Positions 10,313 through 23,711 are shown, counted from the stretch's first letter. The stretch: DNA of 64,000 nt from Methanocaldococcus sp. 28A (GCA_049852185.1 CP187540.1), one strand, 5' to 3'. The notes: generated by a model from the sequence alone, not told the origin. Numbers and translations: made by a program.

Positions 10313-11452
10313 TTAGTTGCTAATTATTTCTTTATATGTTTGTAAGTCAAATATTATGTTCTTAGCCTCTTCTGATGAAACATTTTTCAACTTACCATTT
10401 ATTAACCCTTGAAGTCTCATAGCATCAACGAATTTTATAACTTTTGGAATTACTGGTTCTAATCTATAATCATATTTTATATGTTTTACTGAAGCTTCTT
10501 CTATAGTTATATTAGTTCCAAGCCATTTAGCTGATGATTTAATAGCCAACTCTTTGTTTTTGTTAATTTCGTCAGTTGCGTCTTTTAAGAGTTTAGCAAA
10601 AGTAATTACAGCATCTCTTTTATTATTTAAAGCATTTTCAGAAGCTACTAAACAGCAACATGGATGGTTTGCCCATGTCCCCCCTGTAGAGCTTGGTAAT
10701 TCTTCACTGTAAGCAATAACTTTTCCGATTCCTCTACTTTTTATAATTTCAGGCATAGGCTCCCATGCTATAACTGCATCTAATTCCTTTTGAGCTAACA
10801 TTTGAGGCATTGTTTTTTGACCTTTACAGTTAATTAATAAAACCATTGCACTTTTGTTATTAGGGTTTTCAGTGTATGTAATTCCTTCAGCTTTTAAAGC
10901 ATCTTTAATCATGACATATTGGATTGATGTAGGAAGAGGATGCCCTATTTTTACTTGATATCCTTTTTTATGTTCCTCTTTTATCCAATTTATAAATTCT
11001 TCCCAATTATTTGCAGGAATATCATTTCTAACGACTACTGCTGAACCTTCTGTATGCAAATTCATTATAACCTTAGCTTTTGTACCCTTGTCAATGTAGA
11101 AGATTACAGGAGGATATCCTAATAAAGCAACATCAACCTGTCCCTGAGTCATTAAGTTCATGATACTTGCTCCACCCTCAGTAACTTCAACAAGTCTTAT
11201 ATTTGCAATCTTTTTATCTCCTTTGTATAATTCATACTCTTCTTTATCTTTAACTGCTTTTAAGTAAATTCCATATTTATTTTTAAACAAATCTGGGTAG
11301 TCACAGGCTACAAATAACGCTGCATGGTGGTCTGTTGGTAAATAAGCTACTGTTAATGTAGGAACTTCTGATGTTTGCTGGTTTTGGACACATCCCGCAA
11401 ATAGAACTATAGATGAAATTAATAAAGCCATCACTGCATATATCTTTTTCAT
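10313..11452 (-). CDS. ABC transporter substrate-binding lipoprotein (NitT/TauT/SsuA-like)
   Basis: Lipobox LFAGC; [17 protein letters not shown] and NHPCCCL motifs. Confidence 0.88.
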   Translation of the reverse strand: MKKIYAVMALLISSIVLFAGCVQNQQTSEVPTLTVAYLPTDHHAALFVACDYPDLFKNKYGIYLKAVKDKEEYELYKGDKKIANIRLVEVTEGGASIMNLMTQGQVDVALLGYPPVIFYIDKGTKAKVIMNLHTEGSAVVVRNDIPANNWEEFINWIKEEHKKGYQVKIGHPLPTSIQYVMIKDALKAEGITYTENPNNKSAMVLLINCKGQKTMPQMLAQKELDAVIAWEPMPEIIKSRGIGKVIAYSEELPSSTGGTWANHPCCCLVASENALNNKRDAVITFAKLLKDATDEINKNKELAIKSSAKWLGTNITIEEASVKHIKYDYRLEPVIPKVIKFVDAMRLQGLINGKLKNVSSEEAKNIIFDLQTYKEIISN

Positions 11453-11622
11453 AATATCACCTTAAATTAATGTAGTAATTTTTATTTTTATGATTGATTA
11501 TATGAACATAAGAAAATTTTGAATGAGTAGTATATAAAATTTTTTATTTTTTTGTAGATAATTTATCCTATAAGAAAACAATGATAGGATTAGAAATTAA
11601 TTATAAAAGATTAAAAGAGGCA

Positions 11623-12078
11623 TTAGAGTTTAATCTCTTTATTGCAAAATCTCCTAATTATTTCCTTCACAATATCAAAAGAGCTGTGAAATGGACACTT
11701 TTTATATCCTTCAAATCTAACAATCTCTGGATATAAATTATATTTAGCAAGTTCTTTTTTTAGTGTTTCTTCATCAAAAGTTGTTTGGTCAGGGCCAAGA
11801 ACAATAACATCTGGTTTTAATTTCAATATTGGTTCTAATTTATTTTTTAAACTCCCCAATACTGCTTTATCAACAGGTTTTAATGCTTCAACCATTTCTC
11901 TTCTCTGTTCTTCTGGAATTATTGGTTTTCTACCTTTTATTTTTTTAACTGTTTCATCCCTTGCAACAATAACTATAAGTTCATCTCCTAAACTCTTAGC
12001 AAATTTTAAGGTCTCATAATGTCCGGGATGCAATATATCAAATGTTCCTGCAGTGACTACTCTTTTTTTCTTTTCCAT
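11623..12078 (-). CDS. ribL: Archaeal FAD synthase
   Basis: [11 protein letters not shown] cytidylyltransferase-like motif; LGPDQ; C-terminal cysteines. Confidence 0.9.
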   Translation of the reverse strand: MEKKKRVVTAGTFDILHPGHYETLKFAKSLGDELIVIVARDETVKKIKGRKPIIPEEQRREMVEALKPVDKAVLGSLKNKLEPILKLKPDVIVLGPDQTTFDEETLKKELAKYNLYPEIVRFEGYKKCPFHSSFDIVKEIIRRFCNKEIKL

Positions 12079-12089
12079 ACTCTACCTCT

Positions 12090-13091
12090 TTAAATCTTTC
12101 CATCTCTATATTTTGCCAAATAAAAAGCATTTAATGCTCCAACAACTAATGGACCTATAGCAAACCCACTAAATCCTAATGAGAGTGGAGCCATTAAGAA
12201 TGCAATAATTACAAAAACTGGATGAATATCCACATCTTTTTTAACTAAATAAGGTCTTATTACGAAATCTGGAGCTATGGATAAAAAAATTTCTCCATAA
12301 ATAAACATAAAAATTGCTTTTGTATAATCATGAGTTAAGAAATAATATATAGCTATTGAAATATATACCATCCATCCCCCTAATATAGGCAATAGGGCAA
12401 ATATTCCTGTTATGAGTGCAAATAACTCCGCATATGGTACTCCAACAATAAGATACCCAATATAAGATAAAATTGCTATAATTACAGAAAGTGAAACACA
12501 GCTGATAAATAAATTTTTATATGACTCGTGAAGATATTCTAAATAAATTCTCATCCTTTCTTTATCCTCATTAGAAGATAATGATATTATTAAATTTTTA
12601 ACTTTATCACCATCTTTTAAAAAGTAAAATGTTATGAATAATATCATAACAACTTTAATTATTAGATATCCCACATCAATAATCTTCCCAGAAAATTGAT
12701 TAATTAAATATTTTACGAATTCATCAATATATTTTGTAAGGATTTGCTCATTAATTATTCCCTCCAAGATAGAGGTTTTATATAGCGCAAAAATTACTTC
12801 TGTATATTGCTCTATGGATTTAGTATTAAATGAGAATATGATTTCCATAAGTGCGATTAAAGCATAAGTGGTTATTATTATAATTGGAATTAAATATATG
12901 CTAATTGCCAATCCAGCTGAAATGGTTTTATTAAATTTTTTTCTTAATAGGTTATATATTGGTAAAGCCATATATGCAAATGCTACAGAATATGCTAAAA
13001 CATCAATAAATGGCCAAATTATATATAACAACATTATCAACAATCCAATAATAATTCCTTTCCTAAATAATTTAAACTCATTAAATCTCAT
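12090..13091 (-). CDS. AI-2E family transporter
   Basis: FYFLKDG, ALLPILGG, DFVIRPYL and GFAIGPLV motifs. Confidence 0.88.
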   Translation of the reverse strand: MRFNEFKLFRKGIIIGLLIMLLYIIWPFIDVLAYSVAFAYMALPIYNLLRKKFNKTISAGLAISIYLIPIIIITTYALIALMEIIFSFNTKSIEQYTEVIFALYKTSILEGIINEQILTKYIDEFVKYLINQFSGKIIDVGYLIIKVVMILFITFYFLKDGDKVKNLIISLSSNEDKERMRIYLEYLHESYKNLFISCVSLSVIIAILSYIGYLIVGVPYAELFALITGIFALLPILGGWMVYISIAIYYFLTHDYTKAIFMFIYGEIFLSIAPDFVIRPYLVKKDVDIHPVFVIIAFLMAPLSLGFSGFAIGPLVVGALNAFYLAKYRDGKI

Positions 13092-13108
13092 ACTACCACG
13101 TGATAACA

Positions 13109-14164
13109 ATGAAAGTTTTAATGCCAACTATATACTATCCTCATGTTGGAGGAATTACAATACATGTAGAAAATTTAGTTAGACATTTAAAAGATATTGA
13201 GTTTCATATACTAACTTATGATAGTTATGAAGAAAACGGATATAAAAATGTAATTATTCATGATGTCCCCTATTTAAAAAAATTTAGAGGGATTAGTTAT
13301 CTAATAAATGCCTACAAAATAGGGAAAGATATTATTAAAAAAGAAGATATTGATTTAATCCATTCCCATTATGCCTTTCCACAAGGATGTGTTGGAGCTT
13401 TATTAAAAAATAAATTTCATATTTCACATATTCTAACTTTGCATGGTAGTGATGCTTTAATACTTAAAAATTCTTTAAAAGGAAAATATTTTTTCAAATA
13501 CGCAGTAAAAAACTCTGATAAATTAATTTGTGTAAGTAAATATATAAAGAATCAACTATATGAAAATTTGAAAAATAAAGCAGTTGTTATATACAATGGA
13601 ATAGATAGAGAGCTATTGTATGATGAAGGAGATTACAACTTTGGATTGTTTGTTGGAGCTTTTGTTCCACAAAAAGGAGTTGATATATTAATAGAAGCTA
13701 TAAAAGATATTGATTTTAATTTTAAGCTCATAGGGGATGGAATGCTATATAAAAAGATAGAAAACTTTGTTATAAAAAATAACCTAAATCATATTGAACT
13801 CTTAGGAAAAAAGAGCTTTAATGAAACAGCCTCATTTATGAGAAAATGTAGCTTTTTAGTAGTTCCTTCAAGAAGTGAGGGCTTTGGAATGGTAGCTGTT
13901 GAAGCTATGGCTTGCTCTAAACCTGTAATTGCTACAAAAGTTGGGGGATTAAAAGAAATTGTTATTAATGAATACAATGGATTATTAGTTGAAAAAAATA
14001 ATCCAAAATCATTAAAAGAAAAAATTTTAGAGCTAATAAATAATGAAGATTTAAGAAAAACCTTGGGAAAAAATGGGAAAGAATTTTCAAAAAAGTTTTC
14101 TTGGAAAAAATGTGCTGAGAATGTTAGAGAAATATATGAATACATAACCAAACATAAGATTTAA
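13109..14164 (+). CDS. GT4 family glycosyltransferase
   Basis: YYPHVGG, HSHYAFPQG and PSRSEGFGMVAVEAMAC motifs. Confidence 0.92.
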   Translation: MKVLMPTIYYPHVGGITIHVENLVRHLKDIEFHILTYDSYEENGYKNVIIHDVPYLKKFRGISYLINAYKIGKDIIKKEDIDLIHSHYAFPQGCVGALLKNKFHISHILTLHGSDALILKNSLKGKYFFKYAVKNSDKLICVSKYIKNQLYENLKNKAVVIYNGIDRELLYDEGDYNFGLFVGAFVPQKGVDILIEAIKDIDFNFKLIGDGMLYKKIENFVIKNNLNHIELLGKKSFNETASFMRKCSFLVVPSRSEGFGMVAVEAMACSKPVIATKVGGLKEIVINEYNGLLVEKNNPKSLKEKILELINNEDLRKTLGKNGKEFSKKFSWKKCAENVREIYEYITKHKI

Positions 14165-14278
14165 ATATAAGAATTTTTATTATAATTCCATATGGTATAT
14201 AAATGATAATTCATAATAAATAAAATGAAATGATTATAATAATTCATTCACTTAACTTAAATTTACTCGGTGATAATT

Positions 14279-15571
14279 ATGGTTTTTGAAGAATTTATTT
14301 CATCTGAATTAAAAAAAGAAAAGAAGTCATTTACTGAAGAATTTAAAGAAGAAAAAGTTACTAATAAAGATAATTTGAATAATAGTGATTTACTTAGAGA
14401 AGAACTTCAAGAAAAAGCAAGAATTGCGGAATTAGAGAGTAGAATTTTAAAATTAGAATTGGAGAAAAAAGAGCTTGAAAGAGAGAATTTACAGTTAATG
14501 AAAGAAAATGAAATTTTAAGAAGAGAATTAGATAGAATGAGAATTCCGCCATTAATAGTTGGAACTGTAGTTGATAAAGTAGGAGAGAGAAAAGTTGTCG
14601 TTAAAAGCTCAACAGGTCCAAGTTTCTTAGTTAATGTCTCTCACTTTGTAAATCCAGAAGATTTAGCTCCTGGAAAGAGAGTCTGTTTAAATCAGCAAAC
14701 ATTGACAGTAGTTGATGTATTGCCAGAAAATAAAGATTACAGAGCTAAGGCTATGGAAGTTGATGAGAGACCAAATGTTAGATATAGTGATATTGGTGGA
14801 TTAGATAAGCAGATACAAGAGATTAGAGAAGTCGTTGAGCTTCCATTGAAACATCCAGAATTATTTGAAAAAGTAGGAATTGAACCTCCAAAGGGAATAT
14901 TGCTTTATGGTCCTCCAGGAACTGGTAAAACTTTGTTAGCTAAAGCAGTTGCTACAGAAACTAATGCAACATTCATAAGAGTTGTTGGTTCTGAATTAGT
15001 TAAGAAGTTTATTGGGGAAGGAGCTTCATTAGTTAAAGATATATTCAAATTAGCTAAAGAAAAAGCACCATCAATTATATTTATAGATGAGATTGATGCA
15101 ATTGCAGCAAAGAGAACAGAGGCTTTAACTGGTGGAGATAGAGAAGTTCAGAGAACATTAATGCAATTATTAGCTGAAATGGATGGATTTGATGCAAGAG
15201 GTGATGTTAAAGTTATTGGAGCTACAAATAGGCCTGATATATTAGACCCTGCAATATTAAGACCTGGAAGATTTGACAGAATTATTGAAGTCCCAGCTCC
15301 AGATGAAAAAGGTAGATTGGAGATATTAAAGATTCATACAAGAAAGATGAACTTAGCAGAGGACGTTAATTTAGAGGAAATAGCTAAGATGACAGAAGGA
15401 TGTGTAGGGGCTGAATTAAAGGCAATCTGCACAGAGGCAGGGATGAATGCAATTAGAGAGCTTAGAGATTATGTAACAATGGAAGATTTCAAAAAAGCTG
15501 TTGAGAAGATTATGGAGAAAAAGAGAGTTAAAGTTGAAGAACCAGCTCATTTAGAAGTTCTTTATAGATAA
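14279..15571 (+). CDS. pan: Proteasome-activating nucleotidase
   Basis: N-terminal coiled coil; GPPGTGKT; DEID; C-terminal HbYX motif LYR. Confidence 0.97.
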   Translation: MVFEEFISSELKKEKKSFTEEFKEEKVTNKDNLNNSDLLREELQEKARIAELESRILKLELEKKELERENLQLMKENEILRRELDRMRIPPLIVGTVVDKVGERKVVVKSSTGPSFLVNVSHFVNPEDLAPGKRVCLNQQTLTVVDVLPENKDYRAKAMEVDERPNVRYSDIGGLDKQIQEIREVVELPLKHPELFEKVGIEPPKGILLYGPPGTGKTLLAKAVATETNATFIRVVGSELVKKFIGEGASLVKDIFKLAKEKAPSIIFIDEIDAIAAKRTEALTGGDREVQRTLMQLLAEMDGFDARGDVKVIGATNRPDILDPAILRPGRFDRIIEVPAPDEKGRLEILKIHTRKMNLAEDVNLEEIAKMTEGCVGAELKAICTEAGMNAIRELRDYVTMEDFKKAVEKIMEKKRVKVEEPAHLEVLYR

Positions 15572-15637
15572 ACTTTTTTTATTTTATAGCTATTTTATTT
15601 TTATTTTTTAAATAATTAAAAATTTTTGGTGACATTA

Positions 15638-16762
15638 ATGAACACCTATGGGGATATGTTCAGAGTTACAGTTTTTGGAGAAAGTCATGGAAAAGCTGTT
15701 GGGGCAGTTATTGATGGTTGTCCAGCAAATCTACCTTTATCTGAAGAGGATATTCAAAAAGAGCTTGATAGAAGAAGACCCGGGCAGAGTATATTTTCAA
15801 CACCAAGAAAAGAAGAAGATAAAGTAGAAATCTTATCAGGAATTTTTGAAGGAAAAACTACTGGAGCTCCTATTTGCTCTATAGTGTATAACAAAAATAT
15901 GAGGTCTAAAGATTATTCAGCAATAAAAGATACCCCAAGACCAGGACATGCAGATTTAACCTATAGATTGAAATATAAAAATTATGATTATAGAGGAGGA
16001 GGAAGAGCAAGTGGAAGAGTAACTATAGGACATGTTATTGGAGGGGCTGTTGCTAAAAAACTTCTATCATACACTTACAACATAAAAATTGTTGGCTACA
16101 CTATAAAAATTGGAAAGATTGTAGGAGATTTTAACTATTACAAAAATCCAAACATTTTTGAGAATGGAATATCTTTAGAGAGATTAATGGAGCTTATTGA
16201 AAGTAATCCACTAAGATGCCCTTCTATGAATGAAAAAGATATGGAAGAGTATGTTTTAAAAGCTATGAATGAGAAAGATAGCGTTGGAGGAGTTGTTGAA
16301 ATAGTAGCTTTAAATGTTCCTGTTGGAGTTGGGAATCCAATATTTAATAAGTTAAATGGTGAATTGGCAAGAGCTTTGATGAGTATAAATGCTGTTAAAG
16401 GCGTTGAAATTGGTAGGGGTTTTGAATCTGCAGAGATGTATGGAAGTGAGATGAACGATGAGATATATTTTGACGATGAGAAAAATATAAGATTTAAGAC
16501 AAATAATTGTGGAGGTATATTAGGAGGAATTAGTTGTGGAACTCCAATAGTTTTAAGAATTGCTGTAAAACCAACTCCTTCAATTGGTAAAAAGCAAAAA
16601 ACTATAAATTTAAAAACATTAGAGAATACAGAAATTGAGATTTCTGGAAGGCATGACCCAATTATAGTTCCAAGAATTATTCCAGTAGCTGAGGCATTGG
16701 TTGCTATAACATTAGCTGATTTAATGATTAAAGGAGGGTTTATTCATCCATGTAGTTTATAA
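15638..16762 (+). CDS. aroC: Chorismate synthase
   Basis: FGESHG, PRPGHAD, GGGRASGR, KPTPSI and GRHDP motifs. Confidence 0.97.
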   Translation: MNTYGDMFRVTVFGESHGKAVGAVIDGCPANLPLSEEDIQKELDRRRPGQSIFSTPRKEEDKVEILSGIFEGKTTGAPICSIVYNKNMRSKDYSAIKDTPRPGHADLTYRLKYKNYDYRGGGRASGRVTIGHVIGGAVAKKLLSYTYNIKIVGYTIKIGKIVGDFNYYKNPNIFENGISLERLMELIESNPLRCPSMNEKDMEEYVLKAMNEKDSVGGVVEIVALNVPVGVGNPIFNKLNGELARALMSINAVKGVEIGRGFESAEMYGSEMNDEIYFDDEKNIRFKTNNCGGILGGISCGTPIVLRIAVKPTPSIGKKQKTINLKTLENTEIEISGRHDPIIVPRIIPVAEALVAITLADLMIKGGFIHPCSL

Positions 16763-16831
16763 AGCATTAAATAATGCATTAATGAATATCTTCCTTTTTA
16801 ATGTTATATTTTATTTTGCACATAACTATAA

Positions 16832-18451
<1,620 letters not shown>

Positions 18452-18530
18452 TTATGAATAAAATTATAAATATTGAATATAAATTCTCTTTTTTAATTTA
18501 TTTTGATATAATAAGAGAAAAATTTTATAT

Positions 18531-19352
18531 TTAAATTAAATCTTGGTTGCTATCAACTGATATATATAATTGTCCTTTTGGTTTATTATAAACATAATCT
18601 CCTGAGAATTTATAGAATGTTCCTTCTATTGGAAATCCTTCATCTTTTTTACTTAATTTTATAACTGGATTTTCAACAATTCCTTCGAACTTAAATGATG
18701 GTAAAATTTCTTCAACCTTTCCATAAACTACTATAGCTCCTGCCTTCATTTCTCCTCCAACTCTTACATCAACATCTCCATCAATAATGATTATTCCTCC
18801 GTTTTGGTGAATTCCAGCCAACATTCCAACGTTTCCTTTTATATGTATGAGACCTTTACGCATAAACTCTCCAATCTCGTTTCCAGCGTTTCCTTCAACA
18901 ATGATTGTTCCTCCACTCATACCTCTCCAATCTCCTCTATAAGCAGAACCTACATAATCTCTTGCATCTCCTTTAATTAACAACTCTCCTCCTTTCATAT
19001 TCTGCCCAGCCCAGCTGTCAGCATTTCCATTAACAATTATCTTTCCTCCTTTCATTTCAGCTCCAACATACATTCCTATATCTCCTTCAACAATAATTTC
19101 TCCTTTTGTCATCTTTGAACCAACATATTTTAATTTTGGACATGAGTTTTTAATTACAATTCTTGGCTCTCCTTCGATATCGTTTAATTCAACATCAAAA
19201 ATGTCTCCAACTTTAATTCTCTTTCTTCCTTGAACCAACTCAATGTTTTTTATTTCCTCTAAGCTCATCTTCTCAATAACTTCTGGCAAAACTTTATCCA
19301 TCTCTACTGGAACTATTATCTCTTTTTGTAATGTTAATATCAACTCTTTCAT
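18531..19352 (-). CDS. fwdC: Tungsten formylmethanofuran dehydrogenase subunit C
   Basis: GXGXG beta-helix repeats; GSAYRGDWRGMSGG; operon context. Confidence 0.95.
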   Translation of the reverse strand: MKELILTLQKEIIVPVEMDKVLPEVIEKMSLEEIKNIELVQGRKRIKVGDIFDVELNDIEGEPRIVIKNSCPKLKYVGSKMTKGEIIVEGDIGMYVGAEMKGGKIIVNGNADSWAGQNMKGGELLIKGDARDYVGSAYRGDWRGMSGGTIIVEGNAGNEIGEFMRKGLIHIKGNVGMLAGIHQNGGIIIIDGDVDVRVGGEMKAGAIVVYGKVEEILPSFKFEGIVENPVIKLSKKDEGFPIEGTFYKFSGDYVYNKPKGQLYISVDSNQDLI

Positions 19353-19368
19353 ACCATCACCGGCTTTA

Positions 19369-19638
19369 TTATTTTTTATCATTAATTTTCTTAACTATAA
19401 CAGCTGTTCCATAAGCATAGTAAGTTAATTCTGGAACTACATAATTTTCATCAGATATAATTTCAGTAGTTAATTCATTAGAAATCCTTATACCAATAAC
19501 TGCATTAGCTCCCATATCTTCAGCTACATCTATTAAATCTTCTAAGGCATCGTCTGGGTCGTCTCCATAACCAATTACAACGCCTAAATACTTGATGATT
19601 TTAAAACCCTCTAAGTTGTCAGTTGTAGAAGTTATCAT
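19369..19638 (-). CDS. YbjQ-like putative heavy-metal-binding small protein
   Basis: STTDNLEGFKI, AEDMGANAVIGI and AYGTAV motifs. Confidence 0.85.
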   Translation of the reverse strand: MITSTTDNLEGFKIIKYLGVVIGYGDDPDDALEDLIDVAEDMGANAVIGIRISNELTTEIISDENYVVPELTYYAYGTAVIVKKINDKK

Positions 19639-19690
19639 CAAAATCACGTATAAAAAATTAAATTTAAAGTAAAAAACTTAACTAATATCA

Positions 19691-21394
19691 TTAACTAATA
19701 TCAGTTGCATCTATCTTTATAACTTTCCAACTGTTTGCATATTCCTCTGAAACTGGATAGTTTTCTAAGTTAATTGAGTAGTATCTTGTGAATTTCTCCC
19801 TCAAGTCTTTCATAATTTCTTGTTCTAATGACTCATCTACCTTAACATCAACATAGATTGTGTCTCCAAAGATTTCTTTGACAACATTTCCATCTTTAAC
19901 AACTAATTCTCCCTTCTTCAATACATACTTGGCATATCTAAATGCCTTCTCTATCTTCTTACCATCTTTTTCTTCTGGGTTTATTTCATAAATTGCTATA
20001 TCAGCATCAGCTCCAACTCCTAAATGACCTTTCTCTTTACTTAATCCTAAAACCTTAGCTTGGTTAGCTCTTGTTATTTTTGCTATCTCATAAAGGTCGT
20101 ATTCTTTATCGCTATCAGCTACCTGGCTTCTCTGCTGAGCCCACTTATGAACCTTGTTGTATAACCATTCATCTCTGTATTTTTTGCTCATTAACCATGC
20201 AATAACTCTTGGGTATCTTGTAAATGGTCCTGCGTTTGGATGGTCTGTTGTTAATAATACTTTATCTGTATTTGTGTATAGGAAGAGTTCTAAACCAATA
20301 GCCCATTGGACAGCATAAACAGGACCTTTTGGTGAGTAGATGAATGGAACTACTCCTGAACCTGTTTCAAGCTCAACATCACAGTTTGCCCATTTCAATC
20401 CATTTGTCATGTGTAAGTCATACTCCATTGGACCATCAGCAGTCATGGTTGTTGTTTCATCTAATGTAATTTGCCCAACATCAATCACTACATGGTCGTT
20501 TTTATTTACATATTCTGCAATTTCAACTCCTTTACTTTCAAAGTTTTTCCATGAGGTACCTCCATAAGAGTGGAATTGTACATGGGTGTTGTAATAGATA
20601 TGTTCTCTTTCTCCATATCTTGGTTTTGCTTTTATACCTTTAACACATTCCATTGTTGCAAGTGTAGTTTCCCAGTTTCCAGGGTGCCCTAAGTTGTTTG
20701 GGTGAACGTGGATTGAGTGGGGAAGTCCAAGCATTTCATTAACTTCACAAAGCCCTCTAACGATTTCTCTTGGAGTTATGTCAAAGTATGGAACAGGGTC
20801 ATCTATACTATGGACGTTTTTACCCCAACCCCAAGCTTCTGTTCCTCCTGGGTTAACTATCTTTATAGCAAAACCTTTCGTAGCTCTTAAAAGCCATGCT
20901 ACATAAGCAGCACATTTTTTAATATCTCCTTCTTTTAAATACTCAAGAACAAACCAGTTGTTACCCATTAAGGTTAAAACTGCTTTATCTAATTGAGGTG
21001 TAGTCATAAACTCTTCATGTGTGTGTCTTGCTAATAATGGGGGCATTGCCGCTTCAAAAACTGTTGTGTATCCCATCTCTGAGTATTGATAACCAGCTTT
21101 GTATGTTGATGGAACTGAGAAACCTGTACCACTTCTTAATCCTTTCTTAGCAAAGATTTCTTTTTTACTATCTTCTGGTCTAAATATTCTACCAAGGTTA
21201 ACTTTACCTCCAGCAACGTGGGTGTGGGAATCAATACCTCCAGGCATAACTACGCATCCAGAGGCATCAATAACTTTAGCATCATCAGAGACGCTTTCAA
21301 CTATCTTACCATCTTTAACACAAATATCCATTTTTTCTCCGTTAATCCCATTTAATGGGTCATAGACAATTCCATTTTTTATTATATATTCCAT
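19691..21394 (-). CDS. fwdA: Formylmethanofuran dehydrogenase subunit A
   Basis: Amidohydrolase motifs DSHTH, KIVNPGG and TTDHPNAGPF. Confidence 0.97.
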   Translation of the reverse strand: MEYIIKNGIVYDPLNGINGEKMDICVKDGKIVESVSDDAKVIDASGCVVMPGGIDSHTHVAGGKVNLGRIFRPEDSKKEIFAKKGLRSGTGFSVPSTYKAGYQYSEMGYTTVFEAAMPPLLARHTHEEFMTTPQLDKAVLTLMGNNWFVLEYLKEGDIKKCAAYVAWLLRATKGFAIKIVNPGGTEAWGWGKNVHSIDDPVPYFDITPREIVRGLCEVNEMLGLPHSIHVHPNNLGHPGNWETTLATMECVKGIKAKPRYGEREHIYYNTHVQFHSYGGTSWKNFESKGVEIAEYVNKNDHVVIDVGQITLDETTTMTADGPMEYDLHMTNGLKWANCDVELETGSGVVPFIYSPKGPVYAVQWAIGLELFLYTNTDKVLLTTDHPNAGPFTRYPRVIAWLMSKKYRDEWLYNKVHKWAQQRSQVADSDKEYDLYEIAKITRANQAKVLGLSKEKGHLGVGADADIAIYEINPEEKDGKKIEKAFRYAKYVLKKGELVVKDGNVVKEIFGDTIYVDVKVDESLEQEIMKDLREKFTRYYSINLENYPVSEEYANSWKVIKIDATDIS

Positions 21395-21420
21395 TTTATC
21401 ACCATTCATTTATATTTGAT

Positions 21421-21822
21421 TTATTCTACTGATTCTATGTATTTTTTCCTCATTAAAGTCCTCATGTCTAAGACATCTTCATCAGTTTTCTCAATTTCTA
21501 CATAAAATCCAGGATATCCTTTAAAACATGGCATTCCTGTGCTATGTGTATTTGGCTTAACTACACAGTTCGCCCATGGACCCATTGGTATGAAAACCAT
21601 ACCTTCTGGCATCCTTTGAGTAGCTTTTTTTACCTTAACTACAACTTCACCATACTCTGACTTAACTTTAACATTATCTCCTTCCTTAACTCCTAATTTT
21701 TCCATATCCTCCTCATTAATATATACAACTCCAGCAGCCTTAACATACAAATCAAGGTTTTTTCCTGCTTCTATAGCTTCCCCTTGCCAGATAGTTCTTC
21801 CAGTGTTTAACACAAATCTCAT
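21421..21822 (-). CDS. fwdD: Formylmethanofuran dehydrogenase subunit D
   Basis: LNTGRTIWQG and FIPMGPWAN molybdopterin-dinucleotide-binding domain. Confidence 0.95.
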   Translation of the reverse strand: MRFVLNTGRTIWQGEAIEAGKNLDLYVKAAGVVYINEEDMEKLGVKEGDNVKVKSEYGEVVVKVKKATQRMPEGMVFIPMGPWANCVVKPNTHSTGMPCFKGYPGFYVEIEKTDEDVLDMRTLMRKKYIESVE

Positions 21823-21834
21823 TATCTCACCAAA

Positions 21835-22083
21835 TTATTTTCTTTTAAAAACTAACTCTATGGCATTTACAGGACATGCTTCTATACAAGCTCCACATCC
21901 ACCACATAAATCTTGATTTACTATATTAACAACTCCATTCTCTACTCTAATAACTACTTCATCACTGTAAGGACCTTTTCCTCCCCATGTCTCTGGATGT
22001 TTTGCATTTACTGGGCAAGAAACAACACAGTTTCCACAACCATGACATCTTTCCGGATATACAACCAACTCATAAGCTTTCAT
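21835..22083 (-). CDS. fwdG: Formylmethanofuran dehydrogenase subunit G (ferredoxin)
   Basis: Two CxxCxxCxxxCP motifs; operon position. Confidence 0.92.
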   Translation of the reverse strand: MKAYELVVYPERCHGCGNCVVSCPVNAKHPETWGGKGPYSDEVVIRVENGVVNIVNQDLCGGCGACIEACPVNAIELVFKRK

Positions 22084-22119
22084 TTCCTCACCTTTCAATG
22101 ATTTTTAATTATTTTTTAT

Positions 22120-23187
22120 TTATCCCATTAACTTTTCAAATGCTTTCTTCCAAGCTATTGCTTTTGGTTCTCTTTCAAAGTTAATTTCTGTTCTTTTAAC
22201 TTTTATAGCGTTAACTGGACATGCCTTAGCACAAGCTCCACATAAAACACATAAGTTTTGATTAACAATTAATCTTGGAACTTTTTCAGCTTTATCTCTT
22301 GGTTTAGGGAATTCTAAAGCACTACATGGACATATAGCAACACAAGCTCCACAAGCGTTACATGCATCAACATCAATTATAACCTCTCCTTTGAATGGTT
22401 TCTCAACTTCAATAGCTTCTGCAGGACAAATGAAAGCACACCATCCACAGGTTACACAGGCATCTTTATCAACGACTGTTTTTCCATTTATATCTTCATA
22501 TAATTTTGCTTGTGGAATTCTCTTCATCATTGGACACTTGTAACAAATAACTTCAATAGCATCATGTGGGCAGACAAACTCACAAACTTTACAGTAAACA
22601 CACTTGTCTCTATCAACTTCAATGTCAGTTATTGGTTTTGGATTTGTTGGTGATGGATAGTTGTATTTTAAATCAATAGCCTCTGCTGGACAGTATTCAG
22701 CACAAACTCCACATAAAACACACTTCTCTTTGTTTATATTTATCTCACCAATAACAAACTTCTCTCTCTCAGCTAATGTTCTTTCAACTTCTATTGCTGA
22801 TTGAGGACAAACTATTTCACACTGCTTACATAAAACACACTTATCTTGGTAGATTTTAATATCCCTCTTAATTTTTGGATATCTCTCATCCTCTTTTATT
22901 GATTTTCCATTGATTTTTAAATCTATAGCATCAAAAGGACATGCTGATGCACATAACCCACATAAAGCGCAGACATCTTTATCAATATCCAATTTTGGTG
23001 CTATTATATTCCCCTTAGCTATAGCCCCTAACGGACCCATAGCTATAGCACTTACTGGACAGATATCAGCACAGATTCCACAACCTACACAGAAGTCATC
23101 ATTCCAAAACAGCTCTCTTTTTTCTACTGCTCCCTCTCTATATATAATAAATCCATTTTCATAAACTTCTTTTACTTGCTCAATCAT
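22120..23187 (-). CDS. fwdF: Formylmethanofuran dehydrogenase subunit F (polyferredoxin)
   Basis: Eight CxxCxxCxxxCP motifs; operon position. Confidence 0.95.
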   Translation of the reverse strand: MIEQVKEVYENGFIIYREGAVEKRELFWNDDFCVGCGICADICPVSAIAMGPLGAIAKGNIIAPKLDIDKDVCALCGLCASACPFDAIDLKINGKSIKEDERYPKIKRDIKIYQDKCVLCKQCEIVCPQSAIEVERTLAEREKFVIGEININKEKCVLCGVCAEYCPAEAIDLKYNYPSPTNPKPITDIEVDRDKCVYCKVCEFVCPHDAIEVICYKCPMMKRIPQAKLYEDINGKTVVDKDACVTCGWCAFICPAEAIEVEKPFKGEVIIDVDACNACGACVAICPCSALEFPKPRDKAEKVPRLIVNQNLCVLCGACAKACPVNAIKVKRTEINFEREPKAIAWKKAFEKLMG

Positions 23188-23626
23188 AACTCTCCCTCAC
23201 AAATTTTAGTGAATTAGTAGGACATCTAAATATGCAAGATGCACATAGACAGCAAGAATTTTCATCTATATTGATGGTGAAATCATCAAGTGTGAGTGCT
23301 ACACACACCAAGCAAGAACCACAAGCTATGCAGGAATTTTCATCCCATAAAAGCTTTACATTGTATAATTCTTTTATTAAGCTCTTTGCAAGTTCTTTAT
23401 CATCAGTTAAAGAATGAATTATTTTTGCCCCATATTTTGGAGGTAGTTCTTCAATAGTTTTCGCTATTTCTAAAATTTTCTTCTTTGGATATCTTCCAGA
23501 GAGATAATGAGAGACAATTGACCTATCACTCTTGATAATTTTTGCTATTTCTTTCTGTGTAAGTTTTTTTCTCCTTAATTTCATTACCACTATTGCCTTT
23601 ATTCCTGATAGAATATGCTCTGGCAT
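23180..23626 (-). CDS. fwdH: FwdH, HTH plus ferredoxin domain protein
   Basis: TQKEIAKIIKSDRSIVSHYLSG helix-turn-helix; C-terminal Cys clusters; first gene of the fwd operon. Confidence 0.85.
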   Translation of the reverse strand: MPEHILSGIKAIVVMKLRRKKLTQKEIAKIIKSDRSIVSHYLSGRYPKKKILEIAKTIEELPPKYGAKIIHSLTDDKELAKSLIKELYNVKLLWDENSCIACGSCLVCVALTLDDFTINIDENSCCLCASCIFRCPTNSLKFVRESYD

Positions 23627-23711
23627 TCTCCCACATGGACATACTTTTAGTTAGATAATTTCATTTATAAATACTATGTATGAAGTTTAAGTAGAAAATC
23701 TTTTATATTAC

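Noticed and set aside
18531-23626. Selenocysteine read-through or SECIS element in the fwd operon
   Set aside because: All subunits appear full-length with no in-frame TGA, and no SECIS-like hairpin was seen.
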